A stretch of 64,000 nucleotides of DNA from Dipteris shenzhenensis (Eukaryota), in NCBI GenBank assembly GCA_047967505.1, contig CM106538.1; one strand, written 5' to 3'. Below, one piece after another: positions 1-11,115 of this stretch. Position 1 is the stretch's first letter. Each line of letters begins with the position of its first letter. Below the pieces are notes generated by a model that made no database searches, was not told the origin of the DNA, and was given only the letters and a program-made list of their open reading frames with translations. Position numbers and translations under genes: made by a program.

Positions 1-3000
1 ACATCGAAGTTGCGAGTATGCCACAACTCGTCAATGTTATGGCCACAAGGTTGCCGGCAAAGATACATTAGGTCAATTACGACAACAAGAAACAAAGCAT
101 GTCGACTTATGGAGTGTTGGTGGACTCTATCCAGTGGATCCTTTGACAGGTGCTCCACCTTTGTTTGAAAATGTGACGAGTTTGATTCAATACGTAGGTG
201 ATGGTCTTCAAGGCTTACTAGGATATTGTAAACGCATCGGCCATTCCAATGCTGAAGCACACTTTGCGAAGGTTCACTTGTTGAGAATGGAAGGAGAGAC
301 ATAGATACTTAGAGATACCGTGCATAACCTCCAAGAACAACTAACCCAAGAATAAAAAAAACTTGCCAACTCAGAAATTGCAAAAGAGAGGTCACAAGAG
401 ACAATCACAAGATTAATAGAGATGAGAAGAACAAGCTGTTGAAAAAGGCTTGGTGTATCCAACAAGAGCTTGCTACTTTGACTAGGAGACTAGAAAGGAT
501 AAAAAGAACCCCTCTAGGTTACAAGCATAGGATCAAGCCTATGCAACCAATGGAGAGCTTGGCATAGCAAGGAAACATAGAGTGAAACCTACAAGGTATG
601 CACATTTGGACTATTTTGTAATTATGAAGCATTACTTACAAATGAGTCATTTATTTTTCTAATGTTATCATGATTTCTGCAGAAATTTTATGGAGGAGGT
701 TATTGGGAGAAATTCCTCTGACAAACTTTGTGCCGTAAAGAGTGTAATGAAGAAGAAAGAACATGCAATATTACAAGAGGTTGCAACTAATTTAGAGAAT
801 CTTGTAGATCCATCGAAAGTTGTCCATGCATGTGATGCTGCTGGCATTAGTAGTTGGCAAGGGTACTTAGCTGTGTATAATGTCTTCGTAAATGCACTTC
901 GAGGTCAAGGCATTAAGAACCCTCTATTGCCGAGACCAGTATACGTTAGAAATGCAAGGAAAGAAACAAATTCTGCTGTTCAAGATTTGTTGGGTGGATT
1001 TATACACATCTCAGAAAGCATGACGTTGGAAGGCATAAACAAAACAAATGTCCAACATAGTAAAAAGAAAGGAGGACCAACTACCAAAGGGGCAAAGCAA
1101 GGACCAAGAACCTTTGAGTACACAGAGCATAATTTTGTTTTTTTAAATGTACGTAGGGTCCAAGATGCAATGGTGGAGTTTTACAACATGAAAGCATGGG
1201 GTATGTTAAAATTATATTATTTAGAGAGCTCGAATTTTTAATGAAATCTTTTCTAATCATGTAAATCTTTAATCTTTCAGATATTGTGAAGGAAAGTTAG
1301 TATTCGTTATCAAATTGGATGAGTGTGAGGTTGTAAAAGGCCACAAGTTGGAGAGGGTTAGTATTACTTTGATGAATCAAGCCCTCGGACATGCCAAAGA
1401 TAAGGAAATTAGGGAAGCTTTTAGTGTGCAATCGGAAAAGCACATTTGGTGGCTTGCCACGTTTGAACTTCCTAAAGAGACACACTTATTCTTTTTTTTT
1501 TTGCGGTAAAAGAGTCAGTAACATTCCATTAAAGAAAAGAAAATAGAAAAGTATACAAAGTAAAGAAGAAGAGCAAGAATCTCAGTTCCATATTCTCCCT
1601 ATCATCCTAAGGTTCTCATTTTTTTCCCCAAAAAACTGAACCGCTCTTTTAACTTCCTCTATTATGACCACAGCGAGCACTCTTCCGTGATGAGGTCTGC
1701 AGTGAACCAAGTTGTTTCTCTGCTTCCACACATGCATGATCACAAAACCTCTAATCAACTGCTAGAGTTCATGTAAAGGGTTAGTCATGCTGCCCTTGTC
1801 TCCAAAAAGAGCCATTTTCCATTTGATCTTCAAGTGAATCTGAACCTTAGCAAGGCTTAGGCTGATCTGCCTCCAAATCTCTTTTGTGCAGAAGTAATCC
1901 CAAAAGAGGTGCATATGAGTCTCATTTCCTATCTTGCAGAATAAGCATACTGGAGCAACGTTTGGATTCCATTTAGCAATCCTTGCCCTCATAGGCATTT
2001 TCCCAATAATCACTCTCCACATTAGAAGATTTAGTTTAAAAGAGGGGGTGGCCCTCCATACCCTTCAAAGCCTTGCAGCCCAGACTTCCAAGCTGTCACC
2101 CGAGGCATGGAATTTCCATTGCGTGCTAGCAGCCAAAGGGGCACTTAGAGAGTCAGTGTCCTTGAAATCCTAAAGCTCACTTCCTCTTGCATATACTGGC
2201 TAGTTGGCCATTCATCTTTGATCTTACTCAATAAGATTCTTACAACCTGTCCCTCACGAGCTGCCAATCCATATCTCTGTTCAATGTTTATAAGCTGTAG
2301 CCATTTTCTACCTCCTGGGTCCCTTATCTGATAAAAGGTTTGGAGCCCTTTTCTAAACAGCCTAGCTGCCATTTGTGGGTGGCTCTTGAGAAGCGCAAGT
2401 CCACTATCACCCTCTCCAAGTGTAGCCCTTATCTGAATTAGCCTTGTGAGTATCTTTGAATGTGGGGTCTTAATAGGGAATTCTGATAGAATCACGTCCT
2501 GCCACGGGTAGCTGATCCCTTTTGGGGCATTTGAGCATATAAAATACCTTGCAATGACTGCCCAAGGTTGGTTGCAACCTAGCTGTAGAAGCCATTTACT
2601 GCATCAAATATTGTTCTTTTCTTTGATATCAGTTAGACTAAGTCCCCCAGCCTCTTTAGGTGTTGTCATCAACTCCCATCTCATGGCATGCCACCTACCC
2701 TCCCACACGAAGTTCGAAATGCATCTGTCCACTCTTTTTAGGTTTGATTTGGAGAAAGGTAACACAGACAGCATGTAGACCATGGTTGAGACTCCAACAT
2801 GTGCTTAGCGATAGTTACTCTGCCCGCTAGCGATAGAGGCTTTCCAGCCCATCTATCAAATTTCTCTTTAATTCTCTGGACTACCCATTCAAAATTTTCT
2901 TTTAGGGACACTCCTATCCCCAATGGGCATCCAAGACATCTTATCACTTGGCCCTTGGGAATCCATTTGAACTCAAAGTTGCTTGCCTAGTCTGGTATTC

Positions 3001-4902
3001 TATCCGAGTCAAGCCAGAGGGCTGTAGACTTGTCCTTGTTGACTCTTGAGTTAGAAAGAGCAGCAAATTAATTAACAATGTCGAGAAATTTGCCTACATT
3101 CCCTCATTTCCAGCCAAAAAATTGGTGTTGTCATCAGCAAAGAATTGCGAGTAGAATGATGCCCCATCTGGCATTCTAATACCGTTAATGCTCCCGCTGT
3201 TTAGGTGTCGATCAATCTGTACCAGTAAAGGCTCCATGACTATGGCAAAAAGCAAGGGTGCCAGCGGGCATCCTTTTCGTATAGATCTTTACAGAGAGAA
3301 CTTCTGAGAGTGGTACCCACTTATTGACATAATTGCCTAGGCATTAGAAAAGAGCATATTTACTAGCCTGTAAAAGCCGTTCCCAAACCCAAGTGCATCC
3401 AAGCATCTTAGCACAAATTCCCAGCTTACCCTATCATAAGCCTTCTCCAAATCCAAATTAAGCATAATTAGTTTTGCATTGCATGACAAAGCATAATCCA
3501 CAGCCATCAAGGCATTCAACATTGCATCATGTATGTTCCTACCTGCCACAAAGCCAAATTGGTGGGGATGTATCAGTCTCGCAAGGAGAATTTTGATCCT
3601 GGGTATTTGATAGATCTCTAACTCCAAGTGTCATAGATGCGCAAACGAAAGGAGAGTTGCTTCAAGTTGAAGGGTTCGGATCATTTAAAGTTGAATGGCA
3701 CATGGCAAGAGATCTCAAGACATTGAAGTGTATGTTTGGAACGGAATTGAGTGCAAATGCGACATATCCATGTCTTTATTGTATGCACTCACACCAAACT
3801 CGAGGTAGTAACATAGGAATACATAGAGGGAAAGAGCAAGTAAAAAGAGGAAAAGACTTTGGGAATGCTAAAGATGTAATGAATGACATCACAGATGATG
3901 AGGCTAACAAACGGATGTATTGGAGCAATGGAGTAATGAGCTGCAATCAGGATGCTGCACCCAACAGAGATCAGAACGATAAAAATTGGGATCCAATTTT
4001 AAACATTCCATTATAAAGAGTGCATTTCTATGTGTTACATGCGGAGATGCGGCTCATTGATAAATTGCTTTACTTGCACATTGTATATGCATGGAATATG
4101 AAACTGGAGGAGAGAGCGGCATCATGTATAGCAAGGGTCAAAGAAATTTAGGAAATCTTCCAAATAAAGTGTCCATGGGAGGCTCTAAGGCACGAAGGTT
4201 TTTGTCCAATCATGGAAAACATCGATTAAATTTGCATTGGAATTATTGGAAAAAGTTATGTGATTGCATGACTCATTTGGAAGCTGATCCTCATGTCAGA
4301 ACCTTGAGAATACGTGTTTAGAAAGAATTGGATACTCCGGTAAAGATATTGAGGAAGCCTTCCATAGACGATGATGATGTGCAACTATGTAAAGTCATCG
4401 TGAAAGAGTTCATTGAAGCCATGGTAGATGGATGGGGTGAATCACACATTACTCACTACATGGTGTGTTTAGTCTTTGCTATTTTTAAAATTTTAATTGC
4501 AATCAATTTATTCTTGTTTACCTCATGTGTTTTTTCTATGTATGCAGCACATTCTTTATGCTCATGGTCTATGGTTTCTTGAATGCTTGGAGTGCCCAAG
4601 GGATGGAAAAGTCTCATTATAGAGCTCAAGGTGCTTATTTCAAGAGTACGTGACATGGAGGGGGGATTAATGGAAGTAATGCTCTTCATGAGATGTTCGA
4701 GTGGTTCTATCGTGGTATAGTCGGGTCCTCCTATGCAAGGAATAAAGCTTTGCAAACGAAGTTAGCCCAAGCAGTTCGTCGAACTCAAACGAGTAAAAGA
4801 AGGCATTCATGGATATCTTCGCAAGCTTCCCAAAAACATAGTTGGATAGCAACCAGAATTCGTGTTGGAAAGCATTGGATTGCTAAACCAAATGTACTTT
4901 GA
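1..4902 (+). pseudogene. Intron-containing RAG1/Transib-like DDE transposase pseudogene (5' end outside window), interrupted by an L1 insertion
   Basis: Exons <1-595, 683-1200, 1281-1485, [L1 1486-3600], 3600-4462, 4548-4902, with GT-AG introns 596-682, 1201-1280, 4463-4547. Motifs in order: LLPRPVYVRNARK; VIKLD (D 1318-1320)..RVSITLMN; SVQSEKHIWWLATFELPKETH; WHMARD (D 3711-3713) LKTLKCMFG..YPCLYC; VLHAEMR; SMGGSKARRFLS; HITHYM|HILYAH; AWSAQGME (E 4606-4608). Several stops and frameshifts. Confidence 0.8.
1486..3600 (-). mobile_element. 5'-truncated L1-clade LINE (RT to zf-RVT, poly(A) tail)
   Basis: Minus-strand fragments QFGFVAGRNIHD, LDLEKAYDRV, RKGCPLAPLLF, QFFADD, CLGCPLG, CLFCKIGNETHMHLFW. 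T-run 1492-1502 is the poly(A). Host reading frame resumes at 3600 (WVFDRS). No TSD seen; a few host codons appear lost. Confidence 0.9.
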
Positions 4903-5244
4903 TGTTAATTAAAATTGCACTTCAATATTTCTTGTGGACATTTGATTAATTGGCTCCTTTTTTTTAAAACAAGCATTGAATTTTGTACTTGTGGACCCAA
5001 CAAGGGCAGGCGATGAGAAAAGGTTGGGGGAGCGACATCACAGGAGTTCAAGGGGAATTTCAAAAACCCCTTAAATAAGTTTTTTTCCCCAAAACAAACA
5101 CCCCTCCTCTTTATGTAATTTTTTCCGAAAAAACCCAATGTTTTAATGAACTAAGTCAAATTTTTGATAAACATCACTTCTTTACAATGCACGTGGTACA
5201 CTAAAATTTTGTGAGGTTAACCCCCGAGGGGACGATGACAAATA

Positions 5245-5341
5245 GGGGGGGGGGGAGGAGGGGTTGAGGGGGGGTAAAGGGGGAAGAGGGGGGGGGGGCT
5301 AACTAATAATGATGCACAAAATAAATATACCCCTATATATA
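5245..5341 (+). promoter_or_regulatory. G-tract cluster followed by TATA-like box upstream of the MARTK ORF
   Basis: Multiple G-runs 5245-5298; TATATATA at 5334-5341, about 100 bp upstream of ATG 5438. Confidence 0.4.
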
Positions 5342-5437
5342 TGCAAATACCTTCATTTTCTCAGTACCGCTAGTACTCTCTCATACTAGTACATTCCTTC
5401 CTACCGTCACATTTCCCATAGCTCCACCATCACTAAC

Positions 5438-5857
5438 ATGGCAAGAACAAAGTAGATTGGAAGACCGATTGATTCCAGAAAAAAGCTCCCAATCCCTCCC
5501 GATGTATGCAATGCAATGATCGAAGAGAGAAGAAAGAGGAGGCAGTAGGAGGAGGAGGAGGAGAAGAGGACAAAAACCAATGAGCAAACAGATGACGACG
5601 AAAAAGGTCACAAGGAGCAATCCAATCCTCAGAGTCAGCTCGAGGCACCTCAAGAGCCAGAAAGTAGACCAGAAGAACAGGAGCGCAAAAGACGTAGATT
5701 AGAAGAATGGGCCAGAGGACAAGAAGATGCCAGGCAAATGTGAATTCAATTGGCACAACAAAGGGCACAAATGGAGAGCCAACAACGACGACCCGCATGG
5801 CACAATGCTACTCAAGACTTTCGAGGCTTTTCAGTAATGTTTCCATTTTTCCTTTAA
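5438..5857 (+). pseudogene. Decayed ~139-codon charged/disordered ORF with histone H3-tail-like N-terminus
   Basis: One frame reads MARTK*IGRPIDSRKKLPIPPDVCNAMIEERRKRRQ*EEEEEKRTK...ERKRRRLEEWARGQEDARQM*IQLAQQRAQ...FL*. Internal stops TAG 5453, TAG 5546 and TGA 5741 are each one substitution from CAG/GAG/CGA. No frameshift. Confidence 0.6.
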
Positions 5858-7199
5858 AAGCTTTTGTAGGGTTGCGCCTTCATTTTTTATAAATAAATAT
5901 ATTTCTTAATTATTTTCTCAAAAAAGATTCTTGATGGTAAGTACCTTCCAAGTGACTCTTATTGCAACATCCACTTCTTTTTTTTGGTAATAAATACATA
6001 GCTTTTTATTTAATTAAAAAATAAAACTGATAGAGAGTATATTTCAACACAAAACTCTAGCCAAAAATTAGGATTCATGCTTGCCAAAATTGACCAAATG
6101 ATTTTTCATTTCTACCGTCGATCAACATAAAGCCTTATCTCTTGCTTTGTGTGAAGGGCGGCATGGACATAGGTCTCCACATCTAAATAAAAGAAAAAAA
6201 CCACGTAGGCATAGCCTTGGAAAAAGCTTTGGAAGGGATTTGAACATAGGTAGCCACCCTGAAGGGCTAGTGTTTAAGGCTTAGTGCACACAAGCCCCGG
6301 AGTTGGTGGCTAGTTTTGGAGGTTGGCCCAAAGTTTGACTCATTTTTAGAGTGCTATTGATGTTCAAATTGGCACCTCCATTTTGGAGGGTGTAGATTTG
6401 AGCATTTGTGTGCCATTTCTCCTCCAACCAATCATCACTTGCCATTTGGCTCTCAGTATTGCCTTCTACAGCACTTTGCAGGTCACATAGAGCTAATAGG
6501 TCCCCATGGAGGCTTAAGAGTAGCATTAATGAGGCCTAGAGGAATATTGTAAGATGTGTCATCCAATGGCATGCCACATGGAAGAGATCAAGGTTTTCAG
6601 GGAATCACAATGCTTGGGCATTCTAGTGCTATGCTAGCAAACCTCAAACTGAGCTGTGTGAGAGGGCCTCCCCGTGTCGGCCAGTAGTGCTCTCCTAGTA
6701 CTTCTGGTAGGAAATCTTCATGTCCCCATGCAAGAGAAGGGTTGGGAGAGTAAGAATCCTTGCCGGTCAAATGCTAGCCCGGCCAGGGGATTTTGAAGGA
6801 TTCGAACCCAGTATTCCAATGTTGGATTGGAAGAGTAGGGCACGGGTTATCAATCCCGCATTTAATTCTTCACTTTGAGTATGGCTCTATGGTTTAAGGA
6901 GATGGACTACAACGTGCTGGGGAGGTGGAAGAAGGTGCTATTTCCCGCTTAGGTGGTGATTGCACGAGGACACTGCACTGTTATGGTTGAGCAACAACCC
7001 ACCTACTCGCATTCCACCTCTAGCCTGAATGTGGGGAAGCCCTCTAAGAGACATGGTTTGTAGTGGCGAGAGCCACTACGAAGCGCTCTAAGGTGCCCCT
7101 CTCCAAGTCTCTATTACACATATTGAGTTTTATAATTTATCAGGACGAAAGTCTCCTTAGAGTGATTGACAAATGTCTTTTCTGACTAAGCACATTCTC

Positions 7200-7950
7200 G
7201 TCCTTCCTTTCATATCCCCAACTGCACAACCTGCTACACGTTGACATTTGGATCCCACTGGTCATATATCTAATCCCAACAAATCGCCCACTAACACGAA
7301 CGAAGACAGCAAGCTTCCCTTGATTGAAGCTTCGGTTTCTCCAAGCCTCAAGGTCGTTTGATCTTTCTTTACCGATCTGATCGTTCAGATTGATCCGAAC
7401 TTCGAAGATTCACGACTCAAGAAAGGATCCCGACATGAAAACTTGCAAATGGCTTCCATGGGTCCCAAGTTCCAAATCCTTACCGTCGCTGCGGCTGAAG
7501 AATTGCATGACCCCTCGTACAACGGCCTTAAAGACTCCAAATATATTGAAAGAATAAAGCAACGATGCAGGTATAAAGCTCCCGTCGAGATGAGATCATC
7601 GCCTTTGTGGCATGCGATCTGCCTGCTTGGACGGCTTGTCGCTTGTACAGATGTGTGATGGTTTCTGCTTCGCTTGATGTATGTGCATTGAAACTTGCGG
7701 TGGATTCTGCCTGTGGGTGACGAGTCACAAGCTGCTTCGTTTGTCGCCTCGTGCCTGGCATTTGGATGCAGCATTGCGATTTGCAGTCACTATGGTGCAA
7801 AACGAATCTTAAGACGAGCTACTATCCAAAAATTCGGATTTCCATCGACCATTGCGCATCGCGTTTGTTCACCTCGCACGGACACTCACAGCTTCACCAA
7901 TATCAGCCTGTTGCATCATGGGTGACGTCTCCGACCGTCCAATGTTTCTG
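7200..7950 (+). other. CpG-retaining island with candidate first coding exon (7449-7570)
   Basis: CG dinucleotides are visibly much denser than in the flanks. ATG 7449 opens MASMGPKFQILTVAAAEELHDPSYNGLKDSKYIERIKQRC up to CAG|GTATAA at 7570/7571. No downstream exon identified. Confidence 0.3.
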
Positions 7951-8052
7951 AAAATTTCAACAGAACTTCCAATCAAGTAAATCTACTCTTTTTTAAAGCA
8001 AAAAGGGTCCGGAATTCAAATATTATATTGTATATATAATATTCCCACTCTA

Positions 8053-8883
8053 AATTACAAAGGGTAGGAGGTGATGCTCTAGAAACACTTTTTTTTTTAA
8101 AATGAAAAAAACTGCCGACTTGTATTGTGGGGGGGGGGGGGTGAGTCCCTGGAAAATAAACCAGACCCTAGTAGTACAAAACTTGACCTCTAGTTGGGTC
8201 GAAGCCCTAGGCCCACGCTAAGAAGCGGATGGGAACCTACTCGATGGTAGAACTTAGAAACTGCTCGCCATGGCTGTCAGTGCCTAGCTCACAACTGGAT
8301 CTGATAGCTCTAGCACTTTGGCTGTGTCTATTACAAGGTGTTTCACCCATCCCATCCCCCCAGGGCATCATCCCTAAACCCTACCATCCCTTTCCTCCCA
8401 AAGACAATCTGGTCGCGAAAATTCCATACCCCCAATAGGACTGAGGCCCGATGTATGGCCAGCACGCACTGACACTGGATGTGACTCCTGTCAGGTCACC
8501 CAAAAGACCCATTCTCCAATTTTGACCCAGATGAAACCTCCCCATCAGGCCACTCTTTCTCACGTCTGCTTCTATTCGTATCCAGACATGGCAAACCAGA
8601 GTACATCTCCACATTAGATGGACTACCGATTCTATTGCTCTATCGCATAGTGGGCATACAGAATTAACTTCAAACCCTTTGGCCAATTTAGCGCGCACGG
8701 GAACCCATTGTCTTCCCAGTGGATGCTCTAGAAACACTTAGGCACATAGCCCTCTTGCCTGTTACCAACTAGATTAGAGCATAGGACATGCAAAATACAA
8801 AGGGTAGGAGGTGATGCTCTAGAACTGCACTTAGGCACATAGCCCTCTTGCCTATTACCAACTAGGGTAGATCATAGGACATG
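8053..8883. repeat. ~90-bp tandem duplication; first copy split by the L1 fragment
   Basis: TACAAAGGGTAGGAGGTGATGCTCTAGAA..CACTTAGGCACATAGCCCTCTTGCC..TAGGACATG occurs split (8056-8088 plus 8738-8790) and intact (~8795-8883). Confidence 0.8.
8089..8721 (-). mobile_element. Short 3' L1 fragment (zf-RVT) with target-site duplication
   Basis: CPLCDRAIESVVHLMWRC motif; T-run 8089-8098; TSD GATGCTCTAGAAACACTT at 8073-8090 and 8722-8739. Confidence 0.85.
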
Positions 8884-10869
8884 GAGGGACAAACCCATCG
8901 CTTAGTGCCTCAATTCTTCATAGCTTCTCTTCCTTTGCAATGAAAATCCATTTGATAAAGTTCAATTTGTAAAAGTCTCATGCCTCCAAGGCTTTGGCCT
9001 ACATGTTTAGGCATTGGACTTCAATGCTCAATTCATGGAGGCTTCTATAGTAGTTATTTAGTGTCTTAGGGGCCTCGTACAAGGGGATAAGCCCTCTCAT
9101 GCTCTCAAAGAAGTTATGCTTGTCCTCTCGTACGGGACAGTTGTTGAACGGATATTGGTGGGTAAGACCAAGTCATGTGGATGAGTCACACAAATAAAAG
9201 ACGGTATCAAAGGTACCTTCTCATCTACCTAGGTTAGTGATCTTAGGGATCAAAGCATCAAAACATCGAATCATCATATTGATGCCATTGATGGCACCTA
9301 AATTAATGGTCTATGAATGAAAAGGGTGAAGGTAGGGGGAGCTATTTATTGAGGTGAGGGAGGGAACCCCATAAATCAAGCTAGCCCTCCAATCGCATCG
9401 TGTCACAAATTGTGCCACCTTAGCCTTTGTCCACTATTTAGTTAGAGGGGATTACTATTATTTGGGGCCCCTTTCCTAATATGACATTATATTCAGCACA
9501 ATTCCGTTACAACACATGAATCTTTGTTGGCTTAGTCGTCACCCACATGGAGTGAGATTGTGGGTTCCCTTTAGGGTGTCACTTCCCTTAATCAATGGAG
9601 TGTTGAGAGTAGTGTCTTCTTAGAACCAAAAATATATTGATCTTGTATGTAGAATAGGCTTTCTAAATCAAATGATGATGTAGGTTAATAAGTGAAAAGA
9701 GTGAAAACAGGGTGGTATATTGAATTGCGAGTGACAAATGAGTTAAAAAACAAGTTGAAACGAGGGTGGAATATGTAGATTGAATCATGGATATTCAATT
9801 CCAACAATTGGATATTGTTCTTTAAATCCATGCATATGAGGGCAACTAATTATGGAGGCCACCTAACAAAAAGGCAATAGCTTCTCACCTATTATTGCAT
9901 TCCTCTTTACATTCCCTTAAACTTTGGTATATACTATAATGTTTTTGCATAAGATGTAAACAAACATATTCATAAATGCGCACATACTTGTGCATCCATG
10001 CCCTAGCACACACATGGGCACATCCATTCTCTTATCTTTATGTAAACAAACATCAGCATGACTGCACACATCCTCATGCATCCATGCACTAGCACACATA
10101 TGCACACAACCATCCTCTTCTCCTTATCATAGTTACATTCCCAAGGTGTATTTGAGTTCCCTATTTTGTAGCTTTATATATTTGCACCCCAAGTTTTGAC
10201 AATATCTACAACAAAATTTTGGGTCCCTTGTTTAATAAAATTTGCAAATCCATATTTGCATCTCAAAAAAGGGGTCCCATCAATCAATTCTAGACTTTTT
10301 GTGATATTCCTAATTAATTAACGAAATTTGGTAATATGTAGGTTTTATCCTTAAAAATGTATTGGATAGTCTATACTTAATGACCTAGCACACTTTGAAA
10401 ACCTTAGCTATCCTTTATAATATTTCATGTGACTATTTCACTAGGCTTAAAGAACATCATTTAGGGCGTGCAGGACCCTAACTAGAAAAAGCATGTGTAT
10501 GAAAGGACCTGATGCATAAAGACATGTTTGGTCATTTTGAGATGTGTGCATGTCTTTAGGTTAATTCAATTTGTTTAACAAACTCAAAAGTGGGTGGTCT
10601 TGCATTGTTTTTCATGTTGGTGTCCTTATGAGAACAACAAAGGAATGAATCAACTAGATTATTTGTGCATGCCGCTTTCTTTAGTAAATGCTCTTGTATT
10701 ATTGCATAATTTAAGATAGATTCCCCATGGCATACCTCACACAGACAAGGATATACTATAACACCTATTTGGTGCATGTATTCTCTACATTTTCCTAAAC
10801 ACAATTCAATTGCATCTGCTTTACCTTCCAATTCTTTTTGAAAAAGCATTATCCAACTCTTATCTGTAA

Positions 10870-11115
10870 ATATGAAAACTTTTAGAATTTAGAGCATGAA
10901 TACTTTTTCCAATCGAGGAATTTCATTCCAAAGCTAGCTTATCTCACACATATGTGCTGCTCGAAACTATAAACTCAAAATTTTAGAACATGGATCCTTT
11001 TCTCAAATAGAGCATTTCATTCCTAGCCAACACACATTATGTGATGCTAAAAACGATATTAAAAATTTTAGAACATGAATACTTTTTCCAAATCTAGTAT
11101 TTCATTTGTAGCCAC
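10870..11115. repeat. Diverged ~90-100-bp tandem triplication
   Basis: AATTT(T)AGA(G/A)CATG(A/G)AT..TTTT..C..AT..AG.ATTTCATT recurs near 10886, 10979 and 11064. Confidence 0.6.

Noticed and set aside
5438-5857. Genuine histone H3 / CENH3 gene
   Set aside because: Similarity is limited to the first ~9 residues; no histone-fold sequence follows.
4903-6200. Right-hand TIR / RSS-like end of the RAG1-like element (GTG-ending candidates near 5213 and 6153)
   Set aside because: No CACAGTG/CACAATG-like heptamer with supporting context; the left end is outside the window, so no pairing or TSD test is possible.
6797-6812. tRNA or tRNA-derived SINE (minus-strand GGTTCGAATCC B-box)
   Set aside because: No A-box, cloverleaf, tail or TSD recognisable.
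7060-7095. Helitron 3' end (GTAGTGGC-GAGA-GCCACTAC hairpin followed by CTAA)
   Set aside because: The hairpin is real, but CTAA is not followed by T, and no 5' TC end or Rep/Hel sequence was found.
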